NCBI GenBank assembly: GCA_963741205.1
Contig: CAVUHW010000014.1
Coordinates: 1-64,000 of the forward strand
DNA from: Nitrospirota bacterium
Lineage (GTDB): Bacteria; Nitrospirota; UBA9217
Length of the DNA: 64,000 nucleotides
Reading direction: 5' to 3'
The notes under the pieces are model-generated. The model saw nothing but the letters and a program-made list of their open reading frames with translations, searched no databases and was not told the DNA's origin. Positions 55,112 to 64,000 of this stretch are shown here, piece by piece; position 1 is the stretch's first letter; every line of letters starts with the position of its first letter. Made by a program: the position numbers and the translations under genes.

Positions 55112-55251
55112 GTCATTCCCGCCCCGCTTCAATCATGCTGAGGCAGGCTCCAGCGGGAATCCAGCCTGCACTCAGCGTTTACGAGTGCGGCAGCGCGATG
55201 CGAGTGTGGCTCAGAGTCTCTGGATTCCCGATAGAAGCATTCGGGAATGAC
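55112..55251. repeat. REP-like palindromic element
   Basis: gtcattcccgc...gcgggaatccag...ctggattcccgatagaagcattcgggaatgac. Confidence 0.75.
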
Positions 55252-55266
55252 GGTTAGCAGGTTTTC

Positions 55267-56540
55267 ATGGAACAGACCGCTCACAAAAAACATCCGTCCC
55301 GGCCAGGAGCCCCTCTCTCTGAAGGACTACGAGAAGGCCGGCGGCTACCAGGCCGTGCGCAAGGCGCTCGCGATGACGCCGCAGGACGTGCAGAACATCG
55401 TGAAGGCATCGAACCTGCGCGGCCGCGGCGGCGCGGGCTTCCCCACCGGCGCCAAGTGGAGCTTCGTGCCGATGGGCCCGGACGCGCGGCGTCCCAAGTA
55501 CTTTGTCGTGAACGCCGACGAGATGGAGCCCGGCACCTTCAAGGACCGGCTGCTGCTCGAAGGCGACCCGCACCAGATCATCGAAGGGGTGATCGCGAGC
55601 GCCTATGCCATCGAGGCGGAGCAGGCCTTCATCTTCCTCCGGTGGGCGTACAAGCTCTGCGGTCAAGCGTCTGGAACAGGCGATCGCCGAAGCCTACGAG
55701 AACGGGTATCTCGGCAAGAACATCCTCGGCTCCGGCTACAACCTGGAGCTGCGCCTCCACGGCAGCGCCGGCCGCTACATCTGCGGCGAGGAGACCGCCC
55801 TCCTGAACGCGCTCGAAGGCAAGCGCGCCACCCCGCGCGCGAAGCCGCCCTTCCCCCAGGTCTGCGGACTCTTCGGCAAACCCACGATCGTGAACAACGT
55901 CGAGACCGTCGCGAACATACCGCACATCGTGAACAACGGCGCCGACTGGTTCAAGGGCCTGAGCAAGAGCGCGGACAGCGGCACCAAGCTCTACGGCGTG
56001 AGCGGCCGGGTCAAGAAACCGGGCATCTGGGAACTGCCCATGGGCGTGACGATCCGGGAGCTGCTCGAGGAACACGCGGGCGGAATGCAGGACGGCTACC
56101 AGTTCCGCGGCGTCATCCCCGGCGGCGCGTCAACGGACTTTCTCGTTTCCGACCATCTCGACGTGACGATGGACTTCGACTCGGTCATGAAGGCCGGGAG
56201 CCGGCTCGGCACCGGGACGATGATCGTGCTCGACGACAGGACCTGCCCGGTCGGCTTCGTGCATAACCTGATCAAGTTCTTCGCCCGGGAGTCCTGCGGC
56301 TGGTGCACGCCCTGCCGCGACGGCCTGCCGTGGCTGGCAAAGATCCTCCGCGCGCTCGAGAACGGCCAGGGCGAGCCCGGCGACATCGACATCCTGGCGC
56401 AGCAGTGCAGGCTCCTGGGCCCCGGCAATACGTTCTGCGCCCTCGCGCCCGGCGCGGTCGAGCCGCTCCAGAGCGCGATCAAGTACTTCCGGGAGGATTT
56501 CGAGAGGCACATTCGAGAGAAAAGGTGCCCGTGGAGATAA
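55267..56540 (+). CDS. nuoF: Complex I subunit F (frameshifts)
   Basis: [43 protein letters not shown]. Confidence 0.93.
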
Positions 56541-56545
56541 GCTGA

Positions 56546-59355
56546 TTGACTCACGATCTACTTGATCGACAACAAGCCCTACCAGGTCAAGGAAGGCCAG
56601 AACCTGCTCAAGGCCTGCCTCTCCCTGGGCTTCGACCTTCCCTACTTCTGCTGGCACCCGGCCATGCACTCCGTGGGCGCCTGCCGGCAGTGCGCGGTGA
56701 AGAGTTCAAGGACGAGAAGGACACCCGCGGCAGGATCGTCATGTCCTGCATGACGCCGGTGGCCGAGGGCCTGCGCATATCCATCGACGACCCCGAGGCA
56801 CGGGCCTTCCGGGCGAGCGTGATCGAGTGGCTGATGCTGAACCATCCCCACGACTGCCCGGTCTGCGACGAGGGCGGCGAGTGCCACCTCCAGGACATGA
56901 CCGTGATGACCGGCCACAACTATCGCCGGACCCGCTTCAAGAAGCGGACGCACCGGAACCAGGACCTCGGGCCCTTCGTCAACCACGAGATGAACCGCTG
57001 CATCGCCTGCTACCGCTGCGTCCGGTTCTACCGGGACTACGCCGGCGGCCGGGACCTCGATGCATTCGCCTCGCACGACCACGTCTACTTCGGCCGCCAC
57101 GAGGACGGCGCGCTCGAAAGCGAGTTCAGCGGCAACCTCGTCGAGGTCTGCCCGACCGGCGTATTCACCGACAAGACGCTCAAGCGTCACTACACGCGCA
57201 AGTGGGACCTCCAGACCGCGCCCTCGGTCTGCGTCCACTGCGGCCTCGGCTGCAACACCATTCCCGGCGAGCGGTACGGCACGCTGCGAAGGATCCTGAA
57301 CCGCTACAACCGCGAGGTGAACGGCTACTTTCTCTGCGACCGCGGCCGGTTCGGCTACGAGTTCGTGAACAGCGGCAGAAGGATCAGAAAGCCGCTGATC
57401 AAAGTACCCTCCCCAACCCCTCCCATAGAGGGAGGGGCTACGTCCGGTGGGGCTACACCCTCTCCCCTCGTGGGAGAGGGCTGGGGTGAGGGGGTACATC
57501 CTGTCTCTAAAGAAACCGCCCTCCAGCACATCAGCGACATCCTTCCGAAGAGCAAACGCGTTATCGGCATCGGTTCTCCCCGCGCATCGCTTGAATCGAA
57601 CTTTGCTCTGCGGACGCTCGTCGGCCCGGAGAACTTTTACTCGGGGATGTCGCCGCACGAACACAGGCTCGTCACGCTCATGATCGACATTCTTCAGAAA
57701 GGCCCTGCGCGCACGCCTTCCCTCCATGAGGTTGAAATGGCGGACGCGGTGCTCGTTCTCGGCGAAGATCTTACGAACACCGCCCCCCTGCTCGACCTGG
57801 CGCTGCGCCAGGCCGTACGAAACAAGCCCAGAGAGTTGACGGAGAAAATGCGCATTCCGGCGTGGGACGACAACGCCGTGCGCAGCGCCCTGCAGGACGA
57901 CACCGGGCCTCTGTACATCGCATCGGCGATGAACACCAAGCTCGACGAAATCGCAACGAAGGCCTGGCATGCCGCTCCGAATGATCTTGCCAGGCTCGGC
58001 TTCGCCGTTGCCCACGAATTGGACCCGCAGGCGCCGGCCGTGCCCGGTCTTCGCGATGAGTATTTCTGAGACGGGCGAAGGAAATCGCCGAGGCGCTCAA
58101 GAGCGCAAAACGGCCTCTCATCATCTCCGGCGCAAGCCTCGGCAGCGAGGCTATCATCCAGGCCGCCGCAAACATCGCGTGGTCGCTCTGCGAGGCAGGC
58201 AACCCGGCCGAGCTCTGTTTCACGGCCCCTGAATGCAACAGCATCGGCTTGGGGCTCATGGGCGGGGAAAATATGGACGAGCTGCTGACGGCCCCCTCTC
58301 CCGCGGGGATGGCAGGGCGAGGTGGACGATACCGTCATCATTCTTGAAAACGATCTTTATCGCAGAGCAGATAAAAAATCAGTCGATGATTTCCTGAACA
58401 GGGCGAAAAACGTCATCGTCATCGATCACCTGGTTCATCCGACTTCCGCCAGGGCCGACGTTGCGCTCCCGGCCGGCACCTTTGCCGAAGCCGCGGGCAC
58501 GCTCGTGAACAATGAAGGCCGGGCGCAGCGCTATTACCAGGTCTTCACGCCCGATCACGATATCCAGGAAAGCTGGAAATGGATCCAGGATATTATGAAA
58601 TCAGCCGGGAAGCCGGCAGTCGACAGTCGGCAGTCGCTCGATGACCTGATCAACGAAATAGCCGAAACCTTTCCTGTATTCGCCCCTATCAAGGACATCG
58701 CACCGTCCGCGGATTTCCGGATATCCGGACAGAAGGTCCCCCGCCAGCCCCACCGGTACAGCGGCAGGACAGCCATGCTTGCGAACGTCGAGCCTGCACG
58801 AACCAAAACCGACCGACGACCCTGATTCTCCTTTGTCCTTCTCGATGGAAGGCTATGAACGCCGTCCGCCCGCGCCGCTCATCTCCCGCTACTGGTCGCC
58901 TGGGTGGAATTCCGTCCAGGCCCTGAACAAGTTCCAGCAGGAAGTCGGCGGCCCCTTACGCGGAGGCGATCCGGGGAAGAGACTGATCGAACCCCAGAAA
59001 ATGAAAGCCGTTCCATTTTACTCTGCGGTACCGGATGCCTTTAAGCCAAGAGCAGGCGAATGGCTCATCGTGCCTCTCCATCATATTTTCGGCTCCGAGG
59101 AATTGAGCATCCTTTCCCCCGGCATTGCCGAGCGCGCACCGAAACCTTATCTCGCGCTCAATCCCGACGACGCAAAGAGGCTTCAGGTTGCGGAGGGAGA
59201 CGCGGTGGAGCTGCCGATCGGATACGAAAAGTACCGGGTTGCGAGCGAAAATCGCCGCGGAAATGCCAGCGGGCATGGCCGGTTTGTACTCGAACCAATC
59301 CGGGCTGCCGGACTTTTTCTCGCCGGGATATAGTAGAATAGGAAAGACAGGATAG
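56546..59355 (+). CDS. nuoG: Complex I subunit G, long E. coli type (several frameshifts, repeat insertion)
   Basis: [55 protein letters not shown]. Confidence 0.92.
57404..57497. repeat. Palindromic CCCTCTCCC/GGGAGAGGG element inside nuoG
   Basis: GTACCCTCCCCAACCCCTCCC...GGGAGAGGGCTGGGGTGAGGGGGTAC, reading frame kept. Confidence 0.8.
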
Positions 59356-59356
59356 C

Positions 59357-60318
59357 ATGTCGGAAGCTATGCAGACAACTCTTCGTCCTCTTCGGCGTCC
59401 TCATCGTGGTCTTGACGATCGGGGGGCTGCTGATCTGGCTCGAGCGCAGGCTCCTGGGCCTGTGGCAGGACCGCTACGGCCCGAACCGCGTAGGGCCGTT
59501 CGGGCTCCTGCAGGTCCTCGCGGACATGATCAAGGTCTTCACCAAGGAAGACTGGATACCGCCCTTTGCGGACAAGGCAGTCTTCATCATCGCGCCCGCG
59601 GTGATCGTCGTGGTCGTCCTGATGTCCTTCACCGTCATTCCCTTTGCGCCGGGCATCGAGGTCGTGGACCTGAACATCGGGCTCCTGTTCTTCCTCGCCA
59701 TGTCGTCTCTCGGCGTGTACAGCGTCGCGCTTGCCGGCTGGGCGTCGGGCAGCAAGTACTCCCTGCTGGGCGGACTGCGCGCCTCGGCGCAGATGCTCTC
59801 CTACGAGGTCTTCATGGGACTGTCGCTCATGGGCGTGGTCATGCTCGCGGGATCGTTCAACCTCCGCGAGATCGTCGAGGCGCAGCGACACGGCTTGGTT
59901 CGTTGCGCCGCAGTTCATCGGCTTCGTGGTCTTCTTCATCGCCGGCATCGCTGAGACGCACCGCCTGCCCTTCGATCTGCCCGAGGCGGAGAGCGAGCTC
60001 GTCGCCGGCTACCATTCGGAATACTCGGGCCTCAAGTTCGGCATGTTCTTCGTGGGCGAGTATCTCGGCATCACGCTCATCTCGGCGCTGACGGTTGCGT
60101 TGTTCTTCGGCGGTTGGCTGGGGCCGGTTCTTCCGCCGCTTGTCTGGTTCCTGATCAAGACATTCCTCTTCATCTGTTTCTTCGTGCTGCTTCGGGCATC
60201 CCTTCCCCGGCCGCGGTACGATCAGCTTATGTCGTTCGGATGGAAAGTGATGCTGCCGGTGTCCTTGGTGAATCTCGTGGTGACAGGGGCTGTGGTACTG
60301 ATGAAAGGACAGGCATAG
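59357..60318 (+). CDS. nuoH: Complex I subunit H (frameshifts)
   Basis: [44 protein letters not shown]. Confidence 0.92.
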
Positions 60319-60338
60319 ATGGACGATTCACGTATGAC

Positions 60339-60475
60339 GTCACACGGCGCTCATGTTCAAGATTCAGATGCGGTGCTCTGCCGGCCTGCCCCGCATTGCG
60401 GGAATCGTCCGGAATCGTCTGCGTTGTCCGGTACAATCAATAAACTGGATCCCCGATAGAACCATCGGGAATGAC
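60339..60475. repeat. REP-like palindromic element
   Basis: Ends ctggatccccgatagaaccatcgggaatgac, near-identical to the end of the 55112-55251 element. Confidence 0.65.
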
Positions 60476-60504
60476 AGCTTTTGTACGAGACCTGGAGATA
60501 CGGT

Positions 60505-61021
60505 ATGCTCAGTATCCTGAAAACAATCTGGACGGTCTTCCTGACCATGTTCCGCAAGCGGGTGACGATCCAGTACCCCGAGGAGAGGCCCTACATCCCT
60601 CCCCGGTGGCGCGGACGGATCATCCTCTCCCGTGACCCGGACGGCGAAGAACGCTGCGTTGCATGCTACCTCTGCGCCGCGGCGTGCCCGGTGGACTGCA
60701 TCTCGCTCCAGGCGACCGAGGACGAATACGGCAGGCGGTATCCCGAGTTCTTCCGGATCAACTTCTCGCGCTGCATCTTCTGCGGTTATTGCGAGGAGGC
60801 GTGCCCGACCTACGCGATCCAGCTCACGACGGATTTTGAGATGAGCGAGTACAAGAGGCAGAACCTCGTCTATGAGAAGGAAGAACTCCTCATCAGCGGA
60901 CCGGGGAAATACCATGACTACAATTTCTACCGGGTCGCGGGTCTGTCCATAAAAGGAAAAGGCAAGGGCGAGGCGGAGAATGAAGAGACCGCCTGTCGAT
61001 ACGAAGAGCTTGATGCCGTAA
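60505..61021 (+). CDS. nuoI: Complex I subunit I (frameshift near 3' end)
   Basis: [31 protein letters not shown]. Confidence 0.93.
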
Positions 61022-61042
61022 ACGCAAACACTAACAGAGTTT

Positions 61043-61123
61043 ATCATCCGGGAATGCCTTTATCGGGAATCCACTGTTCACGTATTAAAATGGATTCCCG
61101 CTCTGAAGCATGACGGGGATGAC
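61043..61123. repeat. REP-like palindromic element
   Basis: atcatccgggaatg...cgggaatcca...tggattcccgc...cggggatgac. Confidence 0.6.
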
Positions 61124-61136
61124 ATCCTTATAAATT

Positions 61137-61632
61137 ATGAATCTTCTTTTTTATATTTCCGCGCTCGTCGCGGTCATCTCGACCTTCCTGGTCATCACCA
61201 GGAAAAGCGCGGTCCATGCGCTCCTGTACCTGGTCGTTTCGCTCCTCGCCGTGGCCATCATCTTCTTTTCCCTGGGAGCGCCCTTCGTTGCGGCACTCGA
61301 AGTGATCATCTACGCGGGGGCCATCATGGTGCTTTTTGTATTTGTCATCATGATGCTGAACCTCGGTGCCCAGGCGGCCAAGCAGGAAGCGGAGTGGCTC
61401 CGGCCTGGGACATGGACCGGGCCGTCGTTCCTGTGCGCGGTCCTTGCGGGGGAACTTATCTATCTGTTCACTGCCGGGCGGGAGCGCCTCTCCGCCGAGG
61501 CCGATGGTGACGCCGAAACAGGTCGGGATCGCGCTCTTCGGGCCTTATGTGATCGGCGTCGAGCTGGCGTCCATGCTGCTCTTGGCCGGACTGATCGGCG
61601 CGTACCATTTGGGCAGGCCGCATAAACATTGA
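61137..61632 (+). CDS. nuoJ: Complex I subunit J (frameshift)
   Basis: VHALLYL, EVIIYAGAIMVLFVFVIMM, ELASMLLL. Confidence 0.92.
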
Positions 61633-61748
61633 ATATAAGTGCGATGATTTTCAGTCTTCCGTATGAATTCTGATCGGAATCCACTTTTTAGGCACTGGCC
61701 CGTAGATTCATCGGCGACGAACCATGTGATCAATACAGGAGAAGTTCG

Positions 61749-62059
61749 ATGATCGCAAACGTTCCCATGGAACACGGCCTTATGCTCGCCGCGGTCCTCT
61801 TCGCGCTCGGGCTGATCGGCGTGCTTACCGCAGGAATCTGGTGTACATGCTCATGAGCGTTGAGATCATGCTGAACGCCGCAGGGCTGGCCTTTATTGTC
61901 GCCGGTGCCCGCTGGGGGCAGGTTGACGGCCAGGTCATGTTCATCTTTATCCTGACCATGGCGGCTGCTGAAGTTTCCGTGGGCCTTGCACTCGTGCTCC
62001 AGATGCATCACAGCTTCAAGACGCTGGACGCGGACGCTGCGAGCAAAATGAAAGGATAG
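61749..62059 (+). CDS. nuoK: Complex I subunit K (frameshift)
   Basis: [26 protein letters not shown]. Confidence 0.92.
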
Positions 62060-62084
62060 CTGTTTTCGCTCCGAACTCTGAACC

Positions 62085-63981
62085 ATGAACGACTTACTCT
62101 TTTTAATACCCTCCCTGCCCTTCGCCGGGTTCCTTGTCCTGGCATTGCTGGGAGGGCGTCTTTCGAAGACCACCTCCGCCCTCGTCGGCGCCGGTTCCGT
62201 GGGCTTGTCCGCGCTTCTCGCCATTCTCATGACGATCGCGTTCATCAGCGACCCGCCGGACGGGAATGCCCTCAACCAGACGCTCTGGACCTGGATGCAG
62301 TTCGACGGCTATGCACCGGCGGTCTCATTCACGCTCGACCCTCTGTCGCTGGTCATGGTCCTCGTCATCACGATCGTGGGATTTCTGATCCATCTCTATT
62401 CCGCCGAGTTCATGTTCGAGGAAGAAGGCTACAGCCGCTTCTTTGCCTATATGAACCTTTTCGTGGGCTGCCATGCTTACGCTCGTGCTCGCCGACAACC
62501 TCGTGCTGCTCTACCTCGGATGGGAAGGCGTGGGGCTCTGCAGTTATCTCCTGATCGGCTTCTGGTACTCCGATCCCGCAAACGGCAGGGCCGCGCGCAA
62601 GGCCTTCATCGTGACCCGCATCGGCGACACGGCAATGGCACTCGGCCTTTTTCTTCTGTTTACCAACCTGGGCACGCTCAATATCCGTGAGCTGATGCAG
62701 GCCGCGCAAGTAGCGTGGCCCTCAGGTTCCGACACGGCCGTCCTTGCGGCGGCGCTCCTCCTGGGAGGCGCTCTCGGCAAATCCGCGCAGTTACCGCTCC
62801 AAACGTGGCTGCCCGACGCCATGGCGGGCCCCACGCCGGTGAGCGCCCTTATCCATGCGGCGACAATGGTCACCGCCGGCGTGTATTTGATCGCACGCAC
62901 CCACGCGCTCTTTGAGCTGGCGCCCGCTGTCCAGTCCGCCGTTGCCGTGATCGGCGCGGTTACCCTCCTCATGGCCGGCTCCAGCGCCCTGGTCCAGCGT
63001 GATATCAAGCGCGTCCTTGCCTATTCCACGATCAGCCAGATCGGATACATGTTCCTCGCGCTGGGCGTCGGCGCCTGGTCAGCGGCCATGTTCCATTTCA
63101 TGACCCATGCGTTCTTCAAGGCGCTCCTGTTCCTCGGCGCGGGTGTGGTGATCCTGGCCCAGCACCATGAGCACGACATGTTCAAGATGGGCGGTCTGAA
63201 GGACAAACTTCCGTCCACGTACTGGACGTTCCTGATCGGCGCCGCTTCCCTGGCTGCGTTGCCGCTCGTAACCGCGGGCTTTTACAGCAAGGACCTGATC
63301 CTGTGGCAGGCATGGACCTCGCCGTCCGGGGGCACCGTCCTGTGGCTGGCCGGTCTCGTCGGGGCATTCATCACATCGATCTACACATTCCGCATGGTGT
63401 TTGTGACCTTCTTCGGCAAAGCGAACAGGGAAGTGAGTTACAAGCCGGGATCCAGGATGATCATCCCGCTCGTAATCCTCGCCGTCCTCTCGCTTGTCGG
63501 CGGTTTCGTGGAACTGCCCGAAACGCTGGGCAATCAGCCCCTGTTCTCCAATTTCATGCGGCCTGTGTTCGGCGAGCAGGCCTCAGGGCATGCCGGTACA
63601 AGCACCGAGCTCATGTTCCAGATGATCGCCTCAGTCGTGTCATTCGCGGGCATCTTCGTGGCGTACCTGCTCTACCTCCGGACGCCCCGGTACGCGGAGG
63701 ACATGTCAGGGGTTTGGATTTTCGAATCGATCCGGAAATTCTGGTTTCAGGGATGGGACTTCGACGCGCTTTATGACCGCCTTTTCGTCCGGCCTTTTCT
63801 CTGGATCGCGAAGATCAATAAGGCTGACGTGATCGATTCAGGTTATACGGGAATAGCATACCTGAATCGAGCGGTCCACGGCGTCTTGAGCAAAACGCAG
63901 ACCGGAAACATTCGCTGGTATGCAATGGGGCTTGCAGCAGGGGCGGTGGTATTTTTGGGGATAATAGTGATGCTTCATTAG
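62085..63981 (+). CDS. nuoL: Complex I subunit L (frameshift near 62470)
   Basis: GWEGVGLCSYLLIGFW, GKSAQLPLQTWLPDAMAGPTPVSA, HAFFKALLF. Confidence 0.94.
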
Positions 63982-64000
63982 AATCAAGACACGTACCGTA

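Noticed and set aside
51476-63981. Apparent pseudogenisation of the whole nuo operon (also rnfC, rnfG, kinase, cytochrome)
   Set aside because: Breaks are single-base indels with all catalytic motifs intact in adjacent frames and every subunit affected; long-read consensus error is more likely. Needs read polishing to confirm.
1-64000. CRISPR array, rRNA, prophage; long antisense ORFs such as 4145-5125, 6500-7546, 53041-54405
   Set aside because: No regularly spaced repeat-spacer array, rRNA or phage genes seen; antisense ORFs are shadows of GC-rich genes.

Overview
Bacterial chromosome segment, probably from an anaerobic Nitrospirota/Desulfobacterota-like organism (inferred from gene content and order). 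Many single-base frameshifts in conserved genes suggest an unpolished long-read assembly. Left core (1-15.8 kb): partial MalT-like regulator, D-Ala-D-Ala carboxypeptidase, two dihydrolipoyl-dehydrogenase-family genes, gcvH, rnfCDGEAB, NifU-domain gene, crcB-DUF190-PAP2, surE-pcm. Accessory region (~16-48.9 kb) between surE and tRNA-Pro(GGG)-merR-ihfA: a secreted triple-repeat protein; a heme-motif sensor kinase and NarL-type regulator facing a 13-heme cytochrome c/cytochrome b module; integron cassette remnants (attC sites, no integrase); IS3, IS110 and ISL3 elements; a group II intron; a GNAT/acyl-CoA-ligase fusion; and a five-gene candidate biosynthetic operon (chorismatase-like, beta-propeller-like, enolase-superfamily, GH3 amido synthetase, ICMT-family methyltransferase). 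Right core (49.9-64 kb): an octaheme HAO-family cytochrome followed by an E. coli-type nuoA-L operon, with palindromic repeats between genes and one inserted in frame in nuoG. All calls come from motif reading; no database searches were run.
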